A DNA stretch of 58,431 nucleotides. It comes from Bacteroidales bacterium (GTDB lineage Bacteria > Bacteroidota > Bacteroidia > Bacteroidales > PUMT01). Under the pieces are notes generated by a model. It saw only the letters and a list, made by a program, of their open reading frames with translations. It was not told the DNA's origin and ran no database searches. Every line of letters begins with the position of its first letter. Position 1 is the stretch's first letter. Position numbers and translations under genes: made by a program. The stretch lies in assembly GCA_007133565.1 (NCBI GenBank), contig SLMM01000036.1:1-58431 (forward strand). Direction: 5' to 3'. Positions 8,659-18,059 of this stretch are shown one piece after another.

Positions 8659-9834
8659 ATGCAAATTTATCTGAAAAAACAGAAGTGGAAACTCGGCCTG
8701 TTTACGCTGGCGGTAATTATAGGGGTCACCTCTTTGCTGGTGACCGACAACCTGGTAAAGAATCTGGCACATGAGGAGAGAAAGAAGATGGAGCTGTGGG
8801 CAGAGGCTACAAGAATTATTGCCGATACTGAAACTGATTATCCGGATTTCACTTTTTTTCTCAGGGTTATCGAAGGCAATGAGACTGTTCCGGTGATTGT
8901 TGCCGCAGAAAATGGTGAGATCCTTGAGCACCGGAACCTTAATCCTGCCCGTACCGGGAATGAAGAATACCTTCAGAGGCAGCTTGAATCGATGAGGAAC
9001 AAAAATGAGCCGATCATTATCGAGTTTGAGGATGGTGTAAGGCAATTCATTTACTACAAGGATTCCAGGCTGCTGGTATGGCTGGTCTGGTATCCCTGGA
9101 TTCAGCTGCTGGTTATCTTCCTGTACCTTTTAATCGCCTATTATGCCTTCAGTATTTCACGTAAGGCGGAGCAAAACCAGGTATGGCTGGGCATGTCAAA
9201 AGAGACGGCCCATCAGCTTGGGACTCCCACCTCTTCGCTTATGGCCTGGCTTGAGCTGATGAAGGAAAAGGGTTATGAAAACGACATGCTTGCCGAACTT
9301 GAAAAGGATATCAGCCGGCTTGAAAAGATTACTGCCAGGTTTTCAAAGATAGGTTCCAGGCCGGTGCTTTCACCTGCCGATATAATTGAAGTAATTGACA
9401 ATACCGTCGATTATCTGAGAATACGGACTCCAAGGACTATATCAATCGAGCGGGATTATAACAGGTCGGCCCGGATTTTGGCACCTTTGAATGTGCCCCT
9501 GTTTGATTGGGTAATAGAAAATTTATGTAAAAATGCTTTGGATGCAATAGAAGGTGAAGGGATTGTCAGGATATCGGTCAGCGTTGCCGGTAACAGGGTT
9601 ACCATAGACATTGCCGATACCGGCAGGGGCATACCGAGGGGAAGGTTTAAAACCATATTCAAGCCCGGTTACACCACCCGACGCAATGGATGGGGTCTCG
9701 GTCTTTCGCTTTCGAAGAGGATCATTGAAGAGTACCACGGGGGCAGGATCTTTGTCCTGAATTCATCATTGAACAACGGGACAACGATGAGGATAGTCCT
9801 GAAGGGCGCAGCCCGGCAGGATAATAACAATTGA
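8659..9834 (+). CDS. Membrane sensor histidine kinase (orphan)
   Basis: Two TM helices; H-box 'KETAHQLGTP'; N-box 'ENLCKNALDA'; G1 'DTGRG'; 'FKPGYTT'; G2 'GWGLGLSL'. Confidence 0.92.
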   Translation: MQIYLKKQKWKLGLFTLAVIIGVTSLLVTDNLVKNLAHEERKKMELWAEATRIIADTETDYPDFTFFLRVIEGNETVPVIVAAENGEILEHRNLNPARTGNEEYLQRQLESMRNKNEPIIIEFEDGVRQFIYYKDSRLLVWLVWYPWIQLLVIFLYLLIAYYAFSISRKAEQNQVWLGMSKETAHQLGTPTSSLMAWLELMKEKGYENDMLAELEKDISRLEKITARFSKIGSRPVLSPADIIEVIDNTVDYLRIRTPRTISIERDYNRSARILAPLNVPLFDWVIENLCKNALDAIEGEGIVRISVSVAGNRVTIDIADTGRGIPRGRFKTIFKPGYTTRRNGWGLGLSLSKRIIEEYHGGRIFVLNSSLNNGTTMRIVLKGAARQDNNN

Positions 9835-9836
9835 CC

Positions 9837-11096
9837 ATGGCAAAAACGATTGGCGGTAAAAAGAGGGAAGATATTACTTTAATGTCACCGGCAGGCTCTT
9901 TCGAGTCACTGCAGGCGGCCTTGGATGCCGGAGCCGGGGCGGTCTATTTCGGGATCGGCAGCCTTAACATGCGGTCGCGCTCCAGCGGCAATTTTTCCAT
10001 TGATGACCTTGGAACGATAGCCTCATTGTGCCGGGAAAAAGCTGTTAAATCGTGCCTGACGCTTAATACCCTTATTTATGATGAAGACCATGGGGCAATG
10101 AGAGAAATGGTGACAGAGGCGAAGAAACATGGCATTTCTGCACTAATTGTAAGTGATGTTGCTGCCATGGAATATGCACATGCCATTGGTATGGAGCTCC
10201 ACCTCTCAACCCAGCTCAATATCGGGAACAGTGAGGCGGTAAGGTTCTTCTCACGGTATGCATCGGTAATAGTACTGGCAAGGGAGCTCAACCTCAACCA
10301 GGTCAGCAATATTGCCCGGGCGATTGAAAGGGATAACATAACAGGGCCTACAGGTGAAAGGGTCAGGCTTGAGATGTTCATACACGGTGCACTCTGTATG
10401 GCAGTATCCGGCAAATGCTATCTGAGCCTCCATGAAGCCGCGCTTTCGGCAAACAGGGGTTCGTGCCTTCAGATATGCCGGAGGGCTTATACAGTTACTG
10501 AAAAGGAAAGCGGCCGGCAGCTTAAAATAGATAATGAGTATATAATGTCGCCCAAAGATCTCTGTACAATCCATTTCCTTAACAAGATTGTTGATTCCGG
10601 AGCAGAAATACTGAAGATTGAGGGCAGGGCCCGTTCGCCCGAATATGTCAAGACAGTTACCGAATGCTATACCGAAGCCCTTGATGCTGTTTTTGACGGT
10701 ACTTATAATGAGGAAAGAATTGCAGGGTGGAGGGAGCGTCTTGAAACTGTCTTTAACCGGGGATTCTGGGATGGCTGGTACCTTGGCCGGCAACTCGGCG
10801 AGTGGAGCCATGTCTACGGGTCAAAAGCCAAAGCCAGAAAGACTTATGCCGGCAAGGCAACGAACTATTATGCCAGGCACGGCGTAGCGGAATTCCTCGT
10901 CGAAAACGATACTGTGAAGGAGGGCGACAGGATATTGATCATTGGCCCGACCACCGGAGTGATAGAGATGGAGATCAAAGGGATGCGGGACGATAACGGA
11001 CCGGCTGCCGAAGTTGGCAGGGGGAACAGCCTGGCATTCAAAACGCCCCGGGTTGTACGACGGTCTGACAAGCTTTATCTTGTAGTTTCCCGCTGA
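9837..11096 (+). CDS. Peptidase U32 family protein (TrhP/YegQ-like Fe-S tRNA hydroxylation protein)
   Basis: 'LMSPAGS', 'AGAGAVYFG', 'HGALCMAVSGKC...NRGSCLQICR' four-Cys motif, 'LKIEGR'; ATG at 9837 preferred over TTG at 9831. Confidence 0.9.
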   Translation: MAKTIGGKKREDITLMSPAGSFESLQAALDAGAGAVYFGIGSLNMRSRSSGNFSIDDLGTIASLCREKAVKSCLTLNTLIYDEDHGAMREMVTEAKKHGISALIVSDVAAMEYAHAIGMELHLSTQLNIGNSEAVRFFSRYASVIVLARELNLNQVSNIARAIERDNITGPTGERVRLEMFIHGALCMAVSGKCYLSLHEAALSANRGSCLQICRRAYTVTEKESGRQLKIDNEYIMSPKDLCTIHFLNKIVDSGAEILKIEGRARSPEYVKTVTECYTEALDAVFDGTYNEERIAGWRERLETVFNRGFWDGWYLGRQLGEWSHVYGSKAKARKTYAGKATNYYARHGVAEFLVENDTVKEGDRILIIGPTTGVIEMEIKGMRDDNGPAAEVGRGNSLAFKTPRVVRRSDKLYLVVSR

Positions 11097-11097
11097 T

Positions 11098-11820
11098 CTA
11101 TTGAAGGTGGTCGGGATGTGCAAGCTCATAAAGGTATTTCTTCCTTATGAACTGCATCTGCTCAAGTGTAAGGTCTATGCCGTAGATACGCACTACATCG
11201 ATTATGTCTCTGAGATACAGCGCCCCCAGTGCCGCGTCATAAGAGTAGTTTTCTATGTTGCCTCTGATATAGTAGGTGATTTTCTTGAAAAAGTCCCATT
11301 CGGGTTTATAGGGGATCTCAAAATAGTGCATTCTGGGTTCACTCTGGTCCTTGAAAATGTGATCATCGATCCTCTCAAGGGGAAAATATTTTCTGAGCTT
11401 AATAAGTGCATCACCAGTGAATTTCTTTTTCTTCATAAACTCAATACCTTCTGCAGAAAGAACTTCCTGCAGTTTGGGGATGCAGCCGAAGCAATCAAGT
11501 CCACGTGCCCGTATGAACTGGTATTCACTTCCGCGAAAGCTTACTTCACCGTAGCTTATATCCGATCCCTCAGGGAACATGCCCTTTACCTTTTTCCCTT
11601 TCCGGAGAAGCTCCTCACCGTCATAACGGCGTGCCGTAACAAGGTATATGCTGTTGGGGACAGGATTCTCGGGAAGGTTGCTGCCATGATAGCCCGGGAA
11701 GGGATGGGAGCTTTCAAGCACAAGGGTATTTGTCATGATGTTGTGCTCAACATTCACCAGGTATTCCTCCTTGGTTATACTGCCGGCAGTCTTTATGATC
11801 TGGTCCTCCGTATGGTTCAT
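11098..11820 (-). CDS. Hypothetical cytoplasmic protein
   Basis: 240-aa ORF with ATG start, normal composition, and its own TATTTTTG element at 11851-11858. Confidence 0.8.
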   Translation of the reverse strand: MNHTEDQIIKTAGSITKEEYLVNVEHNIMTNTLVLESSHPFPGYHGSNLPENPVPNSIYLVTARRYDGEELLRKGKKVKGMFPEGSDISYGEVSFRGSEYQFIRARGLDCFGCIPKLQEVLSAEGIEFMKKKKFTGDALIKLRKYFPLERIDDHIFKDQSEPRMHYFEIPYKPEWDFFKKITYYIRGNIENYSYDAALGALYLRDIIDVVRIYGIDLTLEQMQFIRKKYLYELAHPDHLQ

Positions 11821-11850
11821 GGGAATTCTGTTTTAAGTGACACCTGGTTA

Positions 11851-11858
11851 CAAAAATA
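11851..11858 (-). promoter_or_regulatory. Bacteroidota -7 promoter element (TATTTTTG)
   Basis: Matches TAnnTTTG, 30 nt upstream of the ATG at 11820. Confidence 0.55.
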
Positions 11859-11892
11859 GGCAAACCGGCCAAATAAGTCAATAATTGGGATT

Positions 11893-14724
11893 TTACTTCC
11901 CTTCGTCCGAGAAATTTTTGATGAGGATGTTCTTCAGAAGCTCTATGCGGACCGGCTTGGGGACAAAATCGTTCATTCCCGCCCCGATTGCCTCTGTTTT
12001 GTCGGTTTCGGATGCATTTGCCGTCATGGCCACTATAGGCATCCTGTATCCCAGTTTCCTGATGTCGTAAGTTGCATCCAGCCCGTTTTTTTCGGGCATG
12101 TTTATATCCATGAATACAATGTCGTAATCCTTCTGCCTGACCTTATCGACCGCCTCTTTACCATTGGATGCAAGATCTACGTCATAGCCAATGCTTTTAA
12201 AAAGTGATTGTGCCACAATCTGGTTAACATGGTTGTCTTCGGCTACAAGTATATTCAGTCCCGGTTTTGTCTTTTTGGAGTGCGGAGTCTTTGCCGAGGG
12301 TATTGCTACATGGAGGAAGTTGTTCTGAATTATATCGAAGATTTCTGAGGCATCGTAAGGTTCTATCAGGTAATGGTCAGCCCCGAAACGCCTGCTTTTA
12401 ATGAAATTGCCCGGTTTGTTGACAGAACTGATAATTATGATCAGGTATTTTTCATCGAGACGGTTTTCGTGAAGTTTTCGGGTAATGGAAAAGCCATTGC
12501 TCTTTTCGGAATCGACAATTACGATTATGGAATAGTCCTGGCGCGGATCGTCTCCGGTATTTTTGAGGACATCAATAGTCGTTTCGTTAAATACGGTGGT
12601 TTCACACGAAATTTCCATTTTGCGCAACATTTCGTTAATCCCGGGCTTGGCTTCACCCGGTTCGGACAGCACCAGTGCACGGATGTCCTTGTAGTTTTTG
12701 ATATGGTCGATGCGCAGTTTCTTTGCCGATATTTCGTTCGAATAAACCTGAATTGTGAATATTACCCGGGTGCCCGGCCATCCTTTAGGTGCCCTGCTGC
12801 TCAGGGGGCTTTCAATTCTCATGTCGCCCTTCATCAGCCTGACAAGCTGGCGGGTCTTATTAAGCCCGAAATTTCCCGAAGAAAAATTATCCGGCAACTT
12901 CTCCTTGTTGTTGAATGCATCAACCATCCCGGCCGGTATTCCGGTACCGGTATCTTCAATTTTGACTCTGAGAGTTATATTGCCTCCCTTCTGTTTAGCT
13001 GTTTCAAAAATCAGCCGGATCTCCCCCTCACGGGTGTATTTTAGCGAATTACTCAGCAGGTTTGTAATTACCTGGCGGAGGTGGAAAGGGTCGCCTATAA
13101 GGTTTTTTGGTATATTCTCGGCAATTCTTGTTTTAAGTTTCAGGCCCTTCTCCTGCGCCTTTGTCCTGACAGGCCTGACTGCCAGGTCAATCTCCTCATG
13201 GAGGGCAAAAGGTATCTCTTCAACTAATGTTTTGTTATCTTCAAAACTGGAAAAGTCCATAATGTCGTTAACTACCAGCAAAATATCTTCGCAGCAGCGC
13301 TTTATGATATCGGTTTTTTCATGCTCCGCAGAACCGGGCTTCATCTCTTCCTCAAGTGTGGCGGCCATGTGAAGTATACCATTCAGGGGGTTACGTATGT
13401 CATGGCTTATCCTTTTCAGGAACTCCGTTTTTGCCTCTCCGAAAAGGTACTCGTTTTTGCGGGCCTGTTCGATCGGGCTTATGTTGACAAACGCATCGAC
13501 AAATACCTTTTCTCCCATAAACCTGGCCGGGATCTCCCTTTTATAGAGTATTACCTCGTTTTCATCCGAATCGTAATAGACATACTCATTGGTTCTTTCT
13601 TCCCGGTCGTGGGACTTGTTGCCTGCGTAATTCCTGTGGAGAAAGAACATGTTTGAAAAATCCTTGCCTATGACCATTTCCGGGTTTTCTATCCCCAGGA
13701 TCTCTGTTGCGGTGCTGTTGATCATTCTTACCCTGTTGTCGGTTGCCTTGATGATTATTCCCACCGGAAGGGATTCGAACAACTGTTTTAAGGACTGTTC
13801 CGAATCGCGCGACTTTTGTTTTTCCCTTCTCTCATTCCTTATGAACCAGAGAAAAAACAATATCAGGATGACCAGCACTATAAAAGTTGCTGCGGCTATG
13901 GTCAGTATGCTGTTAATTATATAGGAGATCACAATGCTGGTGTCGAGAGAGAAAACTACAAGCATTTCCCTGTGCAATATTTTTACCGGGTACCAGGCTG
14001 AGATCACTCTGCGTGATAACCCGGGCTCTTCAATCTTGTGGATAAGTGTCTTTGCGTTTCCGTCTTCCGGCCATTTCTCTGCAATCAGCCGGGAGGAGGT
14101 CATATTCGGTACGCCTGAAACAAAATTGCTGAATACAGTTTCACCCTCCCTGTTGATGATCCATTGCCAGAGAATATTCTCAATATGAAAATTGGAAAAT
14201 ACTGACCCGATATATCTTTTTGCATCAATTCTGATAACCAGGTTGGCCGCAACCCTGTTGTCCCTGAAAGCGGGCAGTACGAAAACCGATTCATCATCGT
14301 AGTCATCCATGCTTTCAATATCGTACAGCTCGCGCTGCAACCTCGAGCGGTATATATCAGTAATCAGATTATTGTTCCTGTCTTTGAATATACTGAAGGC
14401 ATTATTTTCGTCGTCATATAGAGAAATACTGGTTATAAGCTGCAGATATTTGGAAAAGAACACCTCCATTTTCCTGATGCTGCTTTCCCTTATGGCCGGA
14501 TCGCGGAAGAACTCCGACATATCTTCCGTAAACAGGATGTAATTGAGTTCATTCATGAAATTAGAAACATGCTGCTCAATCTCCCAGCTGCATATTTCGG
14601 TCTGACGAACCAGCATGTTCTCCTGGAAATTGACCTGCTGCCTGTAAATGTTCAGGTAGTAATAGATGTTTGCGGCAACAAGCACCAGGAAAATAACTGA
14701 AAGCAAAAAGTAGATTTTTCTCAT
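11893..14724 (-). CDS. Hybrid sensor histidine kinase / response regulator (TM - periplasmic sensor - TM - PAS - HisKA - HATPase - pseudo-REC - REC)
   Basis: H-box 'ISHDIRNPLNGI'; 'GDPFHLRQVITNLLSNSLKYT'; 'EDTGTGI'; terminal REC 'ILVAEDN...FMDINMPEKNG...AMTAN...PKP'. Confidence 0.92.
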   Translation of the reverse strand: MRKIYFLLSVIFLVLVAANIYYYLNIYRQQVNFQENMLVRQTEICSWEIEQHVSNFMNELNYILFTEDMSEFFRDPAIRESSIRKMEVFFSKYLQLITSISLYDDENNAFSIFKDRNNNLITDIYRSRLQRELYDIESMDDYDDESVFVLPAFRDNRVAANLVIRIDAKRYIGSVFSNFHIENILWQWIINREGETVFSNFVSGVPNMTSSRLIAEKWPEDGNAKTLIHKIEEPGLSRRVISAWYPVKILHREMLVVFSLDTSIVISYIINSILTIAAATFIVLVILILFFLWFIRNERREKQKSRDSEQSLKQLFESLPVGIIIKATDNRVRMINSTATEILGIENPEMVIGKDFSNMFFLHRNYAGNKSHDREERTNEYVYYDSDENEVILYKREIPARFMGEKVFVDAFVNISPIEQARKNEYLFGEAKTEFLKRISHDIRNPLNGILHMAATLEEEMKPGSAEHEKTDIIKRCCEDILLVVNDIMDFSSFEDNKTLVEEIPFALHEEIDLAVRPVRTKAQEKGLKLKTRIAENIPKNLIGDPFHLRQVITNLLSNSLKYTREGEIRLIFETAKQKGGNITLRVKIEDTGTGIPAGMVDAFNNKEKLPDNFSSGNFGLNKTRQLVRLMKGDMRIESPLSSRAPKGWPGTRVIFTIQVYSNEISAKKLRIDHIKNYKDIRALVLSEPGEAKPGINEMLRKMEISCETTVFNETTIDVLKNTGDDPRQDYSIIVIVDSEKSNGFSITRKLHENRLDEKYLIIIISSVNKPGNFIKSRRFGADHYLIEPYDASEIFDIIQNNFLHVAIPSAKTPHSKKTKPGLNILVAEDNHVNQIVAQSLFKSIGYDVDLASNGKEAVDKVRQKDYDIVFMDINMPEKNGLDATYDIRKLGYRMPIVAMTANASETDKTEAIGAGMNDFVPKPVRIELLKNILIKNFSDEGK

Positions 14725-14784
14725 TTAGTGGCACTAATGATCCGGCAAGTTAAAAAATAATAATAAAAAACAAAAGCGGGCGGT

Positions 14785-15726
14785 TCAGTAGCGGGTTGTC
14801 CGGTATTTACCGGTGTCGTCGTAGTAAAGGCTCAGGTAGCTTTCATACCGGCTCATCGCGAGTTTGCCTTCTTCTGCGGCTTGCTTTACTGCGCAGCCGG
14901 GTTCGTTTGTGTGGAGGCAGTTATAATACCGGCAGTTCTCTGAAAGAGCAAAAATTTCGGGAAAGAAGTGGGAAAGCTCGTCCTTATCCATTTTTATTAT
15001 CCCGAAACCTTTTATTCCGGGGGTGTCTATGATGAAGCCACCTGTTGCCAGCTCAAACATTTCTGAAAATGTTGTTGTATGCCTCCCTGTCTTGTGAAGT
15101 TCTGAAACAGGCCTTGTTTTGAGGTTAAGGGCCGGGTCAATCGCGTTTATTACAGACGATTTGCCCACTCCTGAATTACCTGCCAGCAGGCTGGTCCGGC
15201 CTTTCATTCTGGAGGCAAGCTCATCAAGCCCCCTTCTCTCAACAGCTGATGTCATGACCGATTCATAGCCTATTTGCCCGTACATACCTGCCAGCTCCTC
15301 CATTTCGTCTGTAAGCTCTTCATCATAAAGGTCTGTTTTATTAAAAACAATAACCGCCGGAATTTCATAAGCTTCGCACGTGGCCAGGAACCTGTCAATA
15401 AACCTGAGCGTTGTCCTTGGCAGTGTAAGCGAGATCATCAGGAATGCCTGGTCGAGGTTCGCGGCGAGCACATGGACCTCTTTCGACAGCTTTGAAGCTT
15501 TACGTATGATGTAGTTTTTCCTGTCGAGTATTTCGGTTATTACCCCGGCATTTTCATTTTCAAGCCGGTAGAACATAACATTGTCTCCCACTGCCACCGG
15601 GTTGGTGCTGCGTATGCCGCTGGTGCGCAGCTTCCCTTTTATCTTACATGGCACTGCTTCTTTGTTTTCATCAAGTACCGTGTGCCAGCTACCGGTTGTT
15701 TTTATTACTACTCCTTTTTCCAACAA
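14785..15726 (-). CDS. rsgA: Ribosome small subunit-dependent GTPase A
   Basis: OB fold 'PVAVGD'; 'NKTD', 'GNSGVGKSS', 'GRHTTT', 'DTPG'; Zn finger 'CRYYNCLHTNEPGC'. Confidence 0.96.
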   Translation of the reverse strand: MLEKGVVIKTTGSWHTVLDENKEAVPCKIKGKLRTSGIRSTNPVAVGDNVMFYRLENENAGVITEILDRKNYIIRKASKLSKEVHVLAANLDQAFLMISLTLPRTTLRFIDRFLATCEAYEIPAVIVFNKTDLYDEELTDEMEELAGMYGQIGYESVMTSAVERRGLDELASRMKGRTSLLAGNSGVGKSSVINAIDPALNLKTRPVSELHKTGRHTTTFSEMFELATGGFIIDTPGIKGFGIIKMDKDELSHFFPEIFALSENCRYYNCLHTNEPGCAVKQAAEEGKLAMSRYESYLSLYYDDTGKYRTTRY

Positions 15727-15795
15727 CTACATTTTTGATCTTCATTTTGCCGGTGATCCCTGTTACATTAAAAATTTTATTTCCCTTTCGGGGAT

Positions 15796-17136
15796 TTATA
15801 TCCTGCCGGTAATACCTTTCCTTTCAAGAAAACTCCCTATCAGGTCATCCAGGTCAGGCTTACCGATCTCCTGCAGGTCATAATTCACTTTGGTTGCCGG
15901 TTTGTTTATCCTGACTATCCTTCCCAGGTCTATCGGGGTTGCTATTATTACGGCGTCACAGTCTGTATTGTTAATGGTCTGCTCAAGGTCCTTTATCTGT
16001 TCCTTGCCGTATCCCATAGCCGGCAGAAGGGTGCCGATACCCGGATATGTTTCAAAAGTCTCCTTCAGCCTGCCAACCAGGTAGGGCCTGGGATCAACAA
16101 GCTGACCGGCACCGAACTTTCTTGCAGCGAATATACCGGGCCCCACTTTCATATTACCGTGGGTAGTTGTCGGCCCATCTTCGATTACAAGCACTCTTTT
16201 TCCCCTAATCACCTCAGGGTCAGATGCCAATATGGGGTAAGCGGCATCAACCACGACAGCATCCGGGTTTACCTTCCGGATGTTTTCCCGAAGGATCTGG
16301 ACATTATCTGGGCTTGCACTGTCTATTTTGTTTATCACTACAATATCTGCCCTTCTGAGATTCACTTCGCCGGGGTAATAGCTGAGCTCGTGACCGGCCC
16401 TGTGCGGATCGGTGACCGTGATCATCAGGTCCGGCCTGATAAACGGAAAGTCATTGTTGCCTCCGTCCCACAATATTATATCAGCCTCTTTTTCTGCCTC
16501 ATTAAGTATGGCCTGATAATCGGCACCTGAATATATAACATTCCCGTTTGTTACATAATGCTCATATTCTTCCATCTCTTCAATGGTGCAATTGTTTTTT
16601 TCCATGTCTTCGATCGTCTCATACCGTTGTACTTTTTGAAGTTCCAGGTCTCCATACGGCATCGGGTGCCTTATGGCTACTACCTTAATGCCCCGGCCAT
16701 TCAGGATTCTGACAATTTTTCCCGATGTTTTGCTTTTACCGCAACCTGTCCTGACTGCACCTACTGCGATTACCGTCTTTTTGCTCTTTATCTGCGTATG
16801 TGCAGGGCCGAGCATAAGAAAGTCAGCTCCCGCTGCATTAACAATGGCACTCACCGACATGACCTCCTGGTATGAGATATCCGAATAAGAAAAGGTGCAT
16901 ATATGTGCGTTAAGTTCAGGTATCAGTTGGGCCAGCTCATACTGCGGGTAAATCGGGATTCCTTCAGGGTAATTCGCCCCGGCAAGTTCAGCCGGGTATT
17001 TTCTGCTTTCAATTCCGGGTATCTGGGTTGCTGTAAATGCCACGACGTTATAATCTTCATTGTCGCGGTAAAAGGTATTGAAGTTATGAAAGTCTCTTCC
17101 GGCTGCACCTATTATGATTACGTTTTTCCTTGACAT
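15796..17136 (-). CDS. COG2403 P-loop NTPase (cyclic 2,3-diphosphoglycerate synthase-like / arginine synthetase-like)
   Basis: Family N-terminus 'IIGAAGRDFHNFN...VVAFTATQIP'; Walker A 'AVRTGCGKS'; 'RHPMPYG', 'TIEEMEEYE', 'WDGGNND', 'EDGPTTTHG', 'PAMGY'. Confidence 0.85.
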   Translation of the reverse strand: MSRKNVIIIGAAGRDFHNFNTFYRDNEDYNVVAFTATQIPGIESRKYPAELAGANYPEGIPIYPQYELAQLIPELNAHICTFSYSDISYQEVMSVSAIVNAAGADFLMLGPAHTQIKSKKTVIAVGAVRTGCGKSKTSGKIVRILNGRGIKVVAIRHPMPYGDLELQKVQRYETIEDMEKNNCTIEEMEEYEHYVTNGNVIYSGADYQAILNEAEKEADIILWDGGNNDFPFIRPDLMITVTDPHRAGHELSYYPGEVNLRRADIVVINKIDSASPDNVQILRENIRKVNPDAVVVDAAYPILASDPEVIRGKRVLVIEDGPTTTHGNMKVGPGIFAARKFGAGQLVDPRPYLVGRLKETFETYPGIGTLLPAMGYGKEQIKDLEQTINNTDCDAVIIATPIDLGRIVRINKPATKVNYDLQEIGKPDLDDLIGSFLERKGITGRI

Positions 17137-17372
17137 AAAACAGATTTTAATTAAATAATTGTAAAGATAATTTTTTCAGATTATCAACAGTTAATCTTTC
17201 AATATGCTGTATACCATCAAATGGGCATATTTTATCATCAGGCAGAATATTTTTACCGAATAATTTTCAAAAAAGTTCAAAAACATACCTGCGTGTTTAA
17301 TTGTTTCACTGTTTTATCATTATCTTTAGTGGAATTATTGAACGGATATCAACTATTTATCAATCAGGGAAA

Positions 17373-17987
17373 TTGAATTTTCTGGCTCACATATACCTCT
17401 CGGGAAGTTCTGACGACATAAAGGTCGGGAACTTCATAGGCGATTATGTTAAAGGCAGAAATTATGAAAAATATCCCGAACTTGTGCGCAAGGGAATAAT
17501 CCTGCACAGGAAAATTGACAGCTTTACCGATGCACACCCTGTTGTCAACAAGAGCAAAATGCACCTGAAAAAGCGATTCAGACGCTATTCGGGCGTTATA
17601 GTCGATATATTCTACGACCATTTTCTGGCCAGCGAGTGGGGCCTGTTCTCAAAACATCCGTTGCCCCAGTATGTTGTCCATATGTATGAGGTTCTGGTAA
17701 GCAACTACTTTATACTGCCCAATGAGATCAAGACCTTTCTCCCCTTCTTCATCATAAACAACTGGCTCGAATCGTATACCAGCATCGAGGGAATCGAAGG
17801 CGTGCTCAGGAGGATGACCAGGCGTACCTCGCTACCTAATGAAACACCTTTTGCAATTGCCGAGCTTCGCAAGAACTACCATCTTTTCAGGGATGATTTT
17901 ATGGAATATTTCCCGCAGCTTGTAGCATACGTTGAGCAGAAGCATGATGTGTCGGTCAGCGAGTTTCACTCTCCCAGTTTTGTATAA
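17373..17987 (+). CDS. acpH: Acyl carrier protein phosphodiesterase
   Basis: '(M)NFLAHIYLS', 'GNFIGDYVKG', 'HRKIDSFTD', 'DIFYDHFLA'; TTG start at 17373 fits the family N-terminus. Confidence 0.9.
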   Translation: MNFLAHIYLSGSSDDIKVGNFIGDYVKGRNYEKYPELVRKGIILHRKIDSFTDAHPVVNKSKMHLKKRFRRYSGVIVDIFYDHFLASEWGLFSKHPLPQYVVHMYEVLVSNYFILPNEIKTFLPFFIINNWLESYTSIEGIEGVLRRMTRRTSLPNETPFAIAELRKNYHLFRDDFMEYFPQLVAYVEQKHDVSVSEFHSPSFV

Positions 17988-18059
17988 CCGAACAGGAGGC
18001 CACATAACCTGGGAGCCTTTTATAATTTCGCCGGGCGGTCCGGCTGGTGCTGCAGGTGA

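Noticed and set aside
11101-11859. 252-aa plus-strand ORF starting just after the U32 gene
   Set aside because: It is the codon-aligned antisense of 11098-11820, has a TTG start and atypical composition; the minus gene has an ATG and a promoter element
12373-13656. Long plus-strand ORFs inside the hybrid kinase
   Set aside because: Antisense shadows of a well-supported gene
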